Source of the DNA: Pseudomonadota bacterium
GTDB taxonomy: Bacteria; Bdellovibrionota_G; JALEGL01; DATDPG01
Reading direction: 5' to 3'
Assembly (NCBI GenBank): GCA_043809315.1
Contig: JAZDDX010000017.1
Coordinates: forward strand, 1 to 64,000
DNA: 64,000 bases
Shown here: positions 9,116 through 18,101 of the stretch, in pieces
How positions within the stretch are numbered: the stretch's first letter is position 1
Layout: each line of letters starts with the position of its first letter
Position numbers and translations under genes: made by a program
Notes under the pieces: model-generated
The model's database searches: none
Told to the model about the DNA's origin: nothing
What the model saw: the letters and a program-made list of their open reading frames with translations, nothing else

Positions 9116-10609
9116 TCACTCGCACGCCGGCGGGCCGGCGTAGACGTAAAGCGTGTTCGAGCCGTCGGCCGAGAGGGTCAGGCGTGAGGCGATCGGGTCC
9201 GAGGTGGGCATGAACTCCACGCTGAATGTCGCGACCCCCGATCCGTTCCCGCTTCCATCGGTCAGGATGTCGCCGGTCGTCGTTTCGGAAGACCAAGAGG
9301 TCACATTGGCCGGGCATTGACCCCAGCTTTGGCTGTACGTTCCGTGGATCGTAAGGTTCGGTGCGGGTGCCCAACACCTTTCATCGGCCGAAATGTTGAC
9401 CGGGAATTTGAAAAAGAACTGGAAACGGATGAGATCGAAGCTCGTCGACCCATAGTTGTAGAGTTCGCTCTCGAGCGTCAGGAACAGGTGTTTCGTGAAT
9501 ACAAGTGGGGCGGAGATGCTCGGCCCGGGGGTGCCATCCGGAAGAGAAGTGGATGCGCGGATCGTCGTCGATGCATCATAGGAGTTGCCGCCGACCGATC
9601 CTGCGGTGAGGCGGAAAGAGACCTGACCGGCGTCGTTCGTGTTCATCGGTACGGCGGTATTCAACGGGTGGCCCGAAACACCGCTCCTCGCATCGGGAGC
9701 GATCGTGAGGCTCTGCCCCGCGATCGCGTTTCCGTACGGATCGGTCAGTCGGAGGACGAGCGGATCCGCGAACTCCTCACCCTCTCCGGTGCAAGGAGGG
9801 CTCGTCCCGTTCACCGTGCCGCTCAAAAACGTGAGAAGGCTCGGAACCCCCGGGAGTGCTTTTGCCGTGAAGATGACGTGCCGGTTCGGGTCGTTCTCGG
9901 CATCTGGGAGCCAGGTCGCCTGCACCTCGAGTTCGGCAGCCCCCTTTCCGAGGGTCAGCGTCGGGGAAGCTCTTCCGTCGGCGTCGGTGGTAATCTCTCT
10001 CGGGATTTTGATGTCCGCGCCACCACGGACGACGGTGAATTGAACGGTCTGATCCTTGACGGGATGCCCGTCTTCATCGAGTGCGATCACGCTCAACGGA
10101 TAGGGCAGGTCGGTGTTGACCGCTCCCGTCTGTCCATTTGCGCGATCGTCCGCGATGAGAAGTCTCGGCGGAGGTGGAATGACGGAAGTTGCTTGAAACG
10201 TGACCTGATGCTTGGTCTCATCGAACTCCGGCACGGCGAGTTTCGCTACCACGGAAACCGAGGATGCCTGCGTTCCGAACTGAAGCTGGGCCGAAGTCGT
10301 CCCTTCCACGTCGGTCATGACAACGCTTTCTCCGACGAAGGAGGCGTCCCCCGAAACAATCTCGAAATGGACGGTCTGCTCAGAGTACGGAATCCCTGAC
10401 TCGTCGCAGACTCGGACCGTCAGGGGGGAGGGCAACGTTCTCCCCACCCGGTCGTTTTGTTGATCTCCACCGAATCGCTCGAGAATCAGTCTCGGCAAAG
10501 GGGTCGACGTGACGGCCGCTTCGTGCTTTTTGACGGAACCGGCGATACCGCAGCCGGCGAGAAAGGAGAGGGTTACCAAGAAAAGCTGTGAACCACGCAT
10601 TCGAGTCAT
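9116..10609 (-). CDS. Lipoprotein with bacterial Ig-like (Big_1/invasin-type) repeats
   Basis: Lipobox LAGC; three repeats of G..Q.G.V...LP.PL.V...D..G.P...Q.V.F....TD..G. Confidence 0.8.
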   Translation of the reverse strand: MTRMRGSQLFLVTLSFLAGCGIAGSVKKHEAAVTSTPLPRLILERFGGDQQNDRVGRTLPSPLTVRVCDESGIPYSEQTVHFEIVSGDASFVGESVVMTDVEGTTSAQLQFGTQASSVSVVAKLAVPEFDETKHQVTFQATSVIPPPPRLLIADDRANGQTGAVNTDLPYPLSVIALDEDGHPVKDQTVQFTVVRGGADIKIPREITTDADGRASPTLTLGKGAAELEVQATWLPDAENDPNRHVIFTAKALPGVPSLLTFLSGTVNGTSPPCTGEGEEFADPLVLRLTDPYGNAIAGQSLTIAPDARSGVSGHPLNTAVPMNTNDAGQVSFRLTAGSVGGNSYDASTTIRASTSLPDGTPGPSISAPLVFTKHLFLTLESELYNYGSTSFDLIRFQFFFKFPVNISADERCWAPAPNLTIHGTYSQSWGQCPANVTSWSSETTTGDILTDGSGNGSGVATFSVEFMPTSDPIASRLTLSADGSNTLYVYAGPPACE

Positions 10610-10634
10610 GCATCACCTGCTTTCCGGTTCGTTG

Positions 10635-10650
10635 GCAAACGGCATACCAA
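10635..10650 (-). promoter_or_regulatory. Sigma-54 promoter of the Ig-like lipoprotein gene
   Basis: Minus strand TTGGTATGCCGTTTGC, GG-N10-GC. Confidence 0.6.
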
Positions 10651-10778
10651 TGACGCAGGACGATTTCCAGAAACCTTTGTCGTGTGAAATCAACCCCCTG
10701 AGATCAAAGGGAGTTTGTAACGCATTCGGGTGAGACCGGATTCCGGTCCCCTCGGATCAAGAATCGGATCCTTGGGAT

Positions 10779-11768
10779 CTACATCCGGGCCAGGGAGATC
10801 ACCCACCAGGTGAGCGCTGCGACAAAAGCCGAGGCGGGGATTGTCAGGATCCAGGCCCAGACGATTCGTTCCGCCACCCCCCACCGAACGGCGGAGAACT
10901 TGGTGACCGCCCCCATCCCCATGATCGCGCCGGTGATGGTGTGTGTCGTAGAGACCGGAATTCCGAGAGCGGTCGCGGCAAAAAGGGAGATCGCGCCACC
11001 GGTCTCGGCGCAGAATCCACCGATCGGTTTGAGCTTCGTGATCTTCATCCCCATCGTCCGGACGATCCGCCAGCCGCCGAACAGCGTCCCGAGTCCCATC
11101 GCGGCATGACAGGTGAGGACCACCCAAAGCGGGACATAGAACTCAGGACCGAGTTTCCCCGACGAGAAAAGGAGAATCGCGATGATCCCCATCGTTTTCT
11201 GGGCATCGTTTCCGCCGTGGCCGAGGCTGTATAGAGAGGCCGAAACCAGCTGTAGGCGTCGCCCCCAGCGGTCCACCTTCCGGGGGGTCGATCGGAAAAA
11301 AAGGCGCGCGATGATCGTCATCAGCGCGAACGCGAGGAGGAACCCGACCATGGGGGAGAGGACGATCGAAACCCCAACTTTCACGAACCCGCCAACGACG
11401 AGAGAGTGCATCCCCGCCTTGGCGACCGCCGCGCCGGCCAAGCCCCCGATCAACGCGTGCGAGGAGCTGGCCGGGATCCCGTAATACCAGGTGATGATGT
11501 TCCAGAAGATCGCGCCGAGGAGGCCGGACAAAACGACATACGAATCGATGACGTTCGCATCGACCACCCCTTTTCCGATCGTGTTCGCGACGTGAAGTCC
11601 AAAGAAGAGAAATGCGATGAAGTTGAAAAAAGCGGCCCAGACCACCGCCCACTGCGGGCGGAGGACCCGGGTCGAAACGACGGTCGCGATCGAGTTCGCG
11701 GCGTCGTGGAAGCCGTTCAGGAAGTCGAAGACCAGCGCGATGACGATGATGACGATCAGGAGGGTCAT
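10779..11768 (-). CDS. pit: Inorganic phosphate transporter (PiT family)
   Basis: NGFHDAANSIAT, HGGNDAQK, PVSTTH signatures. Confidence 0.95.
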   Translation of the reverse strand: MTLLIVIIVIALVFDFLNGFHDAANSIATVVSTRVLRPQWAVVWAAFFNFIAFLFFGLHVANTIGKGVVDANVIDSYVVLSGLLGAIFWNIITWYYGIPASSSHALIGGLAGAAVAKAGMHSLVVGGFVKVGVSIVLSPMVGFLLAFALMTIIARLFFRSTPRKVDRWGRRLQLVSASLYSLGHGGNDAQKTMGIIAILLFSSGKLGPEFYVPLWVVLTCHAAMGLGTLFGGWRIVRTMGMKITKLKPIGGFCAETGGAISLFAATALGIPVSTTHTITGAIMGMGAVTKFSAVRWGVAERIVWAWILTIPASAFVAALTWWVISLARM

Positions 11769-11777
11769 GCGCGTCGA

Positions 11778-12404
11778 TCAGGCGTATTCGAGGACGATGC
11801 TCTCCACGATGTTGGAAACGTCCTCGCACCGGTCGGTGACCGACTCCAGCATCTCGTAGATCTCCTTCCACTTGATCACTTCCTTGGCGTCCGCCTCGTT
11901 CTGGAACAGCTCCACCATTGCTTTCCGCATGACGTGGTCGGCGTCGTTCTCGAGGTGGTTCACCTGAACGCAATGTTCGAGGATCTTGGCGGGGTTCTTG
12001 AGGTTCTCGAGAAGCCGGACCGCCGATTGCACGTGCTCGACGGACTTGATGATGATGTCGGCCAACTCGATCGTGTGCGGCATGATCTTCTTGATGCCGT
12101 AGAGGTACATCCGCTGGGAGGCCGACTCGATGTTGTCGAGGATGTCGTCGAGGGTCGTGATCAGCTCGTGGATGTCGCCGCGGTCGAGCGGCGTGATAAA
12201 CGTCTGGTGGAGGAGAGCGACCGTTTTGTGCGTCACTTCGTCCGCCGCCTGTTCCGTCTCCTTGATCTTGCGGGCGTACATCTCGATCTGTGTCGGGTCG
12301 GCGATCATCTCGCGGAACTCGCGCGCCCCTTTCATGATCAGGTCCGAGACCTCCTGGAAGAGAACAAAAAACTTTTCCTCGCGCGGGAACAATTTCTTGA
12401 GCAT
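11778..12404 (-). CDS. DUF47 / PhoU-like Pit accessory protein
   Basis: Start at 12404; E..AD, TFITPLDRGDI, LENDAD, DRCED; upstream of pit. Confidence 0.9.
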   Translation of the reverse strand: MLKKLFPREEKFFVLFQEVSDLIMKGAREFREMIADPTQIEMYARKIKETEQAADEVTHKTVALLHQTFITPLDRGDIHELITTLDDILDNIESASQRMYLYGIKKIMPHTIELADIIIKSVEHVQSAVRLLENLKNPAKILEHCVQVNHLENDADHVMRKAMVELFQNEADAKEVIKWKEIYEMLESVTDRCEDVSNIVESIVLEYA

Positions 12405-12508
12405 GTTGCGCGGCTGGATACCCCAAAAAATGCCCGATTTCCAGCTCTTAGATCTCCTGTTGATCATCGGACGCCGGGGCCGTACCATAAGGATCCTCGG
12501 GAGGATCG

Positions 12509-12715
12509 ATGGCAGACGACAAGAAGAAGGAACCGCCGAAAGATACGCAGAACACTCTGGCCCGGTATTTCGGGGAGGGGAAGCAGATGAGCGAGGACAC
12601 CGTTCGGATCGCGAAGAATTTTGCGAAACGGACGCAGGGACGTCGTCGCGGAGCGCGCCTGGTCGAGTCACTCGACCGGTACGAACAGGATAAGCTGAAA
12701 AAAGACCCGAAGTAA
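12509..12715 (+). CDS. Small basic hypothetical protein
   Basis: 68 aa, GGAGG SD, fills the gap between two minus-strand genes. Confidence 0.6.
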   Translation: MADDKKKEPPKDTQNTLARYFGEGKQMSEDTVRIAKNFAKRTQGRRRGARLVESLDRYEQDKLKKDPK

Positions 12716-12719
12716 CGGC

Positions 12720-13082
12720 CTACAGCGGTAGGGGCGGAGTCCCCCCGTTTTCGAGCCATTCCGACAGGACGGTTTTCTCGACGAACGAAGCCTCGATCTC
12801 TTCCAAGACTACGGCGGTCAGTGGGTACGGCTCCTCCCGGAGGACGTTCCTAAGGCCGAGGACCGTGTTCGGTCCCACCCGGCTTCGGGACCGTTTCGGG
12901 TCGGAAACGCGCAGCCGGAGATCGGCGAGACCGGAATAGATCACCAGGACCCCGTACGGTAGGTGGCCGCGATAGAAGAGAACCTGGCCCGGGGAGAAAT
13001 GCGTCGGCGGAATCCGCTTCTTCCAACGGACCGCGTCTTTCGGATCGATCGACAGAACCAGCGGCTGATCACCCTTCCGCAT
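12720..13082 (-). CDS. Stand-alone cNMP-binding-like domain protein
   Basis: F.PGQVLFYRG..P.G...I.SG...L and G..LG....YP.TA pattern; no HTH. Confidence 0.7.
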   Translation of the reverse strand: MRKGDQPLVLSIDPKDAVRWKKRIPPTHFSPGQVLFYRGHLPYGVLVIYSGLADLRLRVSDPKRSRSRVGPNTVLGLRNVLREEPYPLTAVVLEEIEASFVEKTVLSEWLENGGTPPLPL

Positions 13083-13127
13083 GGGGCGAGTCTGCTCCCA
13101 ACCCGATTCCGCAGGATATGATCTGGA

Positions 13128-13838
13128 TCAGACGTCGATCTCAGCTTCCCGGAGGAGAGCCGATTGATCGGCGACGACGATCCGTTTCCCGCGGAAACGG
13201 ACGAAGTCGGAACTCTTGAATTCGGAGAGGAGGCGGATCACCGTTTCAGGGGTCGCCCCTACCATGGATGCCAGCTCCGCGCGGGTCAGGCTGACGTCGA
13301 TCAGCGTCCCTTCCGCATCCTTGATTCCGTAGGTTTTTCCCATCGCCAGCAGCAGATGGCAGAGCCGCTGGCGCACCGTTTTGTTCATCAGGTCGCTCAA
13401 ACGGTTGTCACTCATCCCCATTTCGTGCCCCATTCGTTTGAGGATCTTGAGTGCCACCCGGGGATCCCGTTCGATCAGCTGATTGAGGAACGTCTTGTCG
13501 ACGAAGCAGACGACCGCATCCTCGATCACCTCGGCGGTTGCATTGTAATTCTCGCCGGTTAGGAGGCTCCGGTATCCGATGACCTCCCCGGCTTTGACGA
13601 GGCGCAAGAGGATCTCGTTCCCGTCGGTGCCGTTCTTGAAGAGTTTGATTTTGCCACTCGAAATGCAGAAAAGGCCGGTCGGTTGGTTCCCTTCGTAGAA
13701 CATCACCTGGCCGCGCTGATAGGTATTTGTGATTTTTGCGGCACTAAAATCTTTCAGGTGCTCGGAATTCAATCCGTCGAAAATGCTCTCCAGTCTTGAG
13801 GGACAGCTGATGCAGTCTCTTTTTCGGGCTGAGATCAT
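13128..13838 (-). CDS. Crp/Fnr family transcriptional regulator with N-terminal CxxC
   Basis: DCISC; cNMP fold; LTRAELASMVGATPETVIRLLS HTH. Confidence 0.92.
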   Translation of the reverse strand: MISARKRDCISCPSRLESIFDGLNSEHLKDFSAAKITNTYQRGQVMFYEGNQPTGLFCISSGKIKLFKNGTDGNEILLRLVKAGEVIGYRSLLTGENYNATAEVIEDAVVCFVDKTFLNQLIERDPRVALKILKRMGHEMGMSDNRLSDLMNKTVRQRLCHLLLAMGKTYGIKDAEGTLIDVSLTRAELASMVGATPETVIRLLSEFKSSDFVRFRGKRIVVADQSALLREAEIDV

Positions 13839-13878
13839 GTTTTTCCGGCGCGGAAGATAGTTGGAAGCAGGGTTTTGG

Positions 13879-14721
13879 TCAATCCTCCATCTCCATCGAC
13901 GCGAGCTCGTCGATCTCCCGCCGGACGTTCGACAGATCCCGGTCCCGCCAGCCGAGCTGGCGAAGAACTCCAATGTTTTCGCGTAGTTCCCCGCATAGGA
14001 CCAACCTTCGTTCCAGAAGCCACTTCTTGTCCCATGCCGAAAGGGTGGTCAGACAGGTAACCGGGTGGGAGCGGCTCTTCTCGATCAGGCGTTTTAGGCC
14101 GGCCCCTTCCGGGTAATCCCATCCGGTCAGGCGAAGGCCGACCCCCTCCCCGTATCGGATCGCATCGGTCGTGAAACGGGTGTTGGTGAAGAGGTGGAAC
14201 TCGTCCCGAGTCCCGGGGGTCCCTTCCCGGATGTCGAGAGCCCGGGCCTGAACGTAGAGGGCGACCTTCACATCGCATTTGTTGTCGAGGCGGTTGTGAT
14301 ATTTGCACTCCGCGAAGATCCTCCGCCGTTGCCGGACGGCGAAGACGTCGATCTCGTGGCTGATATGGGCGCCGGCCATCATGACGTCGAACTGCACACG
14401 GAACCCCTGCTTTGCGAGGACCGCTCCGACCACCCGTTCGAACGGGAAGCCGGTGGGGCCGAGCTGGGCGATCGCTTTCTTGAGGGAGTAGCGGGCGGCG
14501 AGGGGGCTTCGGCGCCGCTTCAGGTTGCTGAAGGCGATCCGGTAGAGCTCTTCCGTCGAGATCCCGGGATAGAGCTGGTCGTAGATTTTCCCAATGATCT
14601 CACGGGCATCCTTAGCCGGGACCCCGGAGCTTTCGAGCGACCGGATCAGCTTGTGCTCGGAGAAGTACTCTTTCTGGCCCGAGAGCTTGGTGACGAGGAT
14701 CGAGCGTTTCTTCTTCGACAT
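13879..14721 (-). CDS. ATP-cone + Mrr-like PD-(D/E)xK restriction-endonuclease-fold protein
   Basis: N-terminal VTKLSGQKEYFSEHKLIRSL..SG (ATP-cone); G..FE...HEIDV...ECKYH nuclease motif. Confidence 0.85.
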   Translation of the reverse strand: MSKKKRSILVTKLSGQKEYFSEHKLIRSLESSGVPAKDAREIIGKIYDQLYPGISTEELYRIAFSNLKRRRSPLAARYSLKKAIAQLGPTGFPFERVVGAVLAKQGFRVQFDVMMAGAHISHEIDVFAVRQRRRIFAECKYHNRLDNKCDVKVALYVQARALDIREGTPGTRDEFHLFTNTRFTTDAIRYGEGVGLRLTGWDYPEGAGLKRLIEKSRSHPVTCLTTLSAWDKKWLLERRLVLCGELRENIGVLRQLGWRDRDLSNVRREIDELASMEMED

Positions 14722-14760
14722 CCGGTACCGACGATCGTTTCAGAAACGGGGAGGAGATCC

Positions 14761-14797
14761 AAAGAAAAAGGGGCGCCGGTTTCCCGGCACCCCCTTT
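14761..14797 (-). terminator. Rho-independent terminator
   Basis: Minus strand GGGGTGCCGG-GAAA-CCGGCGCCCC-TTTTT after the stop at 14820. Confidence 0.75.
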
Positions 14798-14819
14798 CAT
14801 ACTGCTTACGACTTGTCGC

Positions 14820-15680
14820 TTACAGCGCGCAGGCCGCTTCCGCGACCGTGCAATTGTCGATCTCTTCGATCTCTTTCCAACTGGTGCACGCCGTCGTCGG
14901 TTTCGTGACGTCGCACGTTACCGATACCGTTTTGTGGCCGGTTACCGTGAACTCGGCGCAGACCTTCGTGCAGTCGGTGTTCTTGTCGATGCTGTTGCAT
15001 ACGACAGAGCCGCCGTCACCATCCACGGTGAACTTGTTGGCATAGGCTCCTTCGAAGCCGATGCAACCGTCGAAACTCACGCTCTTGCCGTCCACGGTTC
15101 CCGTGACGTTGGCGCAAACCAGCCAGAGTTCGAGCGCGGCCGTCGCGTGCAGAAGTTCCTCGGAGAAGAGGAAAACGAACTGGCCGTTGACGTTCACGAA
15201 CTCGACTTCACCCGAGCAGTTGGCCGAAAGGCTGTTGATATTCACCGTCATCACATCCCCGGCGATCACGTACGAAATGGTCCCGCTGCCGGTGCAATTC
15301 GTGAGCTCACCTTGGGTCACGAGGCATCCGAAGTCGATTGTCGCGCCGGTCTCCGATTGTCCGGTGACACAGGACGACACATCCCCGGTGACCGCGCGGA
15401 AGCCAGGTTTCAGCTGTTGCATCGTCCGGTTGACGGCCAACTTGCCGACACTCGGGACGCCGGCTAACCCCATTACCGCATTGCCGTTCCCGGCCGTGGA
15501 ATTGAGGGCGTCGTTCATGACGGTCGTCGCATTGCTCGACGTGATGTTCCCGGTCGGATCGGTGAACTGGGCCTTTTCCGTGGCCGGGTCCTTCGCCGTC
15601 CCGCCGCCGCTACCGCCGCATCGGACCAAAGCCACGCCGGTCAGTATGACCAAGCTGGCGATCAACAATGTCTTTTTCAT
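14820..15680 (-). CDS. Cys-rich hypothetical exported (lipo)protein
   Basis: Signal peptide ending LVRC-GG; many paired Cys. Confidence 0.75.
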   Translation of the reverse strand: MKKTLLIASLVILTGVALVRCGGSGGGTAKDPATEKAQFTDPTGNITSSNATTVMNDALNSTAGNGNAVMGLAGVPSVGKLAVNRTMQQLKPGFRAVTGDVSSCVTGQSETGATIDFGCLVTQGELTNCTGSGTISYVIAGDVMTVNINSLSANCSGEVEFVNVNGQFVFLFSEELLHATAALELWLVCANVTGTVDGKSVSFDGCIGFEGAYANKFTVDGDGGSVVCNSIDKNTDCTKVCAEFTVTGHKTVSVTCDVTKPTTACTSWKEIEEIDNCTVAEAACAL

Positions 15681-15718
15681 TCGCTTCTCCTTGTTAAATC
15701 GAAAATGAGTGAAACCGG

Positions 15719-16363
15719 TTACTGATGGTCGGCGATCTTATCCGTGTCGGCGATTCCGTCAACCGCCAAACAGGAGGGGTCGTCGTTTCGCGTCGAGTTC
15801 ACCCGCTGCGAGACCGGTCGGGCGGAAAGATTCGCATTCAATTCCGAGGGAACGACTTCCCCCGCTTCAATCCAGCGATCGTAATCTCGGGGTGAAACAA
15901 TCACCGGCATCCTCGGGTGGACCGGTGCCACGACCGCGTTCGCAGCGGTCGTCAGAATCGTAAAGCGATACCCCGCCCGTTCCTCGAAAAGCCCTGCAAA
16001 ACAGGTCAGTTCACCCCTCGGCGCGTGAAACCAGAACGGGCGTTTCGCCCCTTTCGCTCCGGTCCACTCATAGAAGCCATCCGCAGGGATGACGCACCGC
16101 CGCGAACGAAAAGCTTCCCGGAACGTCGGCTTGATCGCCGCTGTTTCGATCCGTGCGTTGATGAACGAGTCGTCCGAAAACCCCCAGGTCGCCGGAAGAA
16201 GTCGCCGTTTGCTCTCCCGATCGATCAAAATCCAATGCCGGTCGGACGGGGCGATGTTGAAGCGCGGACGGTAGAGAGGAAAATCCTCGGCGCGCGCTTC
16301 CGCGCCGAGCGACGTGACCACCGTCTTGAAGTCGGGGGTCGTCAGCGTAAACCGGCCGCACAT
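15719..16363 (-). CDS. SOS response-associated peptidase (SRAP/HMCES/YedK family)
   Basis: MCGRF, PRFNIAP, INARIET, RCVIPADGFYEW, HPRMPVI. Confidence 0.95.
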   Translation of the reverse strand: MCGRFTLTTPDFKTVVTSLGAEARAEDFPLYRPRFNIAPSDRHWILIDRESKRRLLPATWGFSDDSFINARIETAAIKPTFREAFRSRRCVIPADGFYEWTGAKGAKRPFWFHAPRGELTCFAGLFEERAGYRFTILTTAANAVVAPVHPRMPVIVSPRDYDRWIEAGEVVPSELNANLSARPVSQRVNSTRNDDPSCLAVDGIADTDKIADHQ

Positions 16364-16369
16364 TCAGGT

Positions 16370-16407
16370 GACACCATACTCATTTTCCCGGAATTTAGTA
16401 TGGTGTC
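16370..16407. repeat. Intergenic palindrome (REP-like element or operator)
   Basis: GACACCATACT-N16-AGTATGGTGTC between divergent genes. Confidence 0.75.
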
Positions 16408-16413
16408 CCCCGA

Positions 16414-17322
16414 TTGATTCCTGTCGATGCCAAGGGGTTGACCAAACGGTTCGGTGCCTTCACCGCCGTCGATCGGATCGATTTCACGGTCCGCGCCGGG
16501 GAGTGCCTCGGCTTTCTGGGGCCGAACGGCGCCGGGAAGACAACGACGATCCGGATGGTCTGCGCCTACACGCCGATCACCGAGGGGTCGATCCGCGTCT
16601 TCGACCTCGAGGTCTCGGACTCCCCGCGCGAGATCAAGGCGGGCTTGGGGATCTGCCCGCAGGAGGACAACCTCGATCCCGACTTCACCGTCCGGAAGAA
16701 CCTCCTCATGTACGCGCGCTACTTCAACATGGAGAAACGGGAGGCGAGGAGGCGGGCGGAAGAGCTTCTGGCCTTCGTCCAACTTTCCGACCGGGCCGAC
16801 ACCGACATCCGGGAGCTCTCCGGGGGGATGAAGCGTCGCCTGATTCTGGCACGGGCTCTCATGAACCGGCCGAAACTTCTGGTGCTCGATGAGCCGACGA
16901 CCGGTCTCGATCCCCAAGCCCGGCAACTGATCTGGCAGCGGATCCGCCAGCTACGCTCGGAAGGGGTCTCGGTCCTTCTCACCACTCATTATATGGAAGA
17001 GGCGGCGGTTCTCTGCGATCGCGTGATCCTGATGGACCAGGGGAAGATCGTTCTCGAGGGGACGCCGAAACAGCTGATCGCCGACGAGATCGGACGGGAC
17101 GTGGTGGAGTGTTGGGATGTGGGGGAGGAGTTCCGCCGCCTTCTCGGGACGAAGAAGTGGGAGCACGAGGAGGTGGAGGGGAGGATCTATCTATATGATA
17201 GATCCGGGGGGGCGATCGAAGCGGAGTTGGCGCGCGATCTCCCAAGCCAGCCCCGGATGATTCGTCCCGCGACGCTGGAAGATGTCTTTCTCCGCCGGTC
17301 CGGCCGGAGGCTCAAGGAATGA
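16414..17322 (+). CDS. ABC-2 exporter ATP-binding subunit (NodI-like)
   Basis: GPNGAGKTT, PQEDNLDPDF, LSGGMKRR, LDEP, TTH. Confidence 0.9.
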   Translation: MIPVDAKGLTKRFGAFTAVDRIDFTVRAGECLGFLGPNGAGKTTTIRMVCAYTPITEGSIRVFDLEVSDSPREIKAGLGICPQEDNLDPDFTVRKNLLMYARYFNMEKREARRRAEELLAFVQLSDRADTDIRELSGGMKRRLILARALMNRPKLLVLDEPTTGLDPQARQLIWQRIRQLRSEGVSVLLTTHYMEEAAVLCDRVILMDQGKIVLEGTPKQLIADEIGRDVVECWDVGEEFRRLLGTKKWEHEEVEGRIYLYDRSGGAIEAELARDLPSQPRMIRPATLEDVFLRRSGRRLKE

Positions 17323-18095
17323 TGAACGTTTCCTGGAGGTCGGTCCGCGTCTGGCAGCGGAACATTGAGGTGTTGCGGGAGACCTGGCTCTTGAGTTTTC
17401 TCCCGCCGCTCTTCGAGCCGATCCTTTACGTCGTCGCGTTCGGGTTCGGTCTGGGGAGCCTGATCAAGAGCGTTACCTACCTCGGCGAGCCGATGCCGTA
17501 TCTCAAGTTCATGGCCCCCGGCGTGATCGCCGTGGCGGTCATGTTCTGGTCGTACTTCGAGACGACGTACGCCTCGTTCGTTCGGATGTATTACCAGAAG
17601 ACGTTCGACGCGATCCTCGCGACGCCGCTTCTGGTCGAGGATGTGATCGCGGGGGAGTGGCTTTGGGGGGCGACGAAGTCGGTTTTGACTTCGGCGATCA
17701 TGCTGGGGGTGCTCACCTGCTTTGGACTGGTTTCCTGGCCCTCGGGGATCTGGGTTCTCCCGGTCGCGGCGCTTGGTGGGATGCTCTTCTCTGCGCTGGG
17801 GCTCATCACGACGGCCCTCTCGCCGAAGATCGACACGTTCAACCTTCCGATCTTTCTTCTGATCTTCCCGATGTTTCTCTTCAGCGGGACGTTCTTCCCG
17901 ATCGATGTCCTTCCGACCTGGGCGATCGCAGCCGCGCACACGCTGCCGCTCACACATGTTTCGTTCCTGATCCGGGGGGCCTGCCTCGGGCGCCTTCCGT
18001 CAACTTGGGTGTGGGATCTGGCTTATCTCATGGCTGTTACCCCGATCTTGAGCGGGCTTGCCATCGTCTTGATGAGGCGTCGCCTCATTAAATAG
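17319..18095 (+). CDS. ABC-2 permease (NodJ-like)
   Basis: EPILY..FG.GLG, FMAPG, PMFLFSGTFFP. Confidence 0.9.
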   Translation: MMNVSWRSVRVWQRNIEVLRETWLLSFLPPLFEPILYVVAFGFGLGSLIKSVTYLGEPMPYLKFMAPGVIAVAVMFWSYFETTYASFVRMYYQKTFDAILATPLLVEDVIAGEWLWGATKSVLTSAIMLGVLTCFGLVSWPSGIWVLPVAALGGMLFSALGLITTALSPKIDTFNLPIFLLIFPMFLFSGTFFPIDVLPTWAIAAAHTLPLTHVSFLIRGACLGRLPSTWVWDLAYLMAVTPILSGLAIVLMRRRLIK

Positions 18096-18101
18096 AGAGA
18101 C

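Noticed and set aside
16414-18095. Nod-factor export function (nodIJ)
   Set aside because: Family resemblance only; no nodABC genes present
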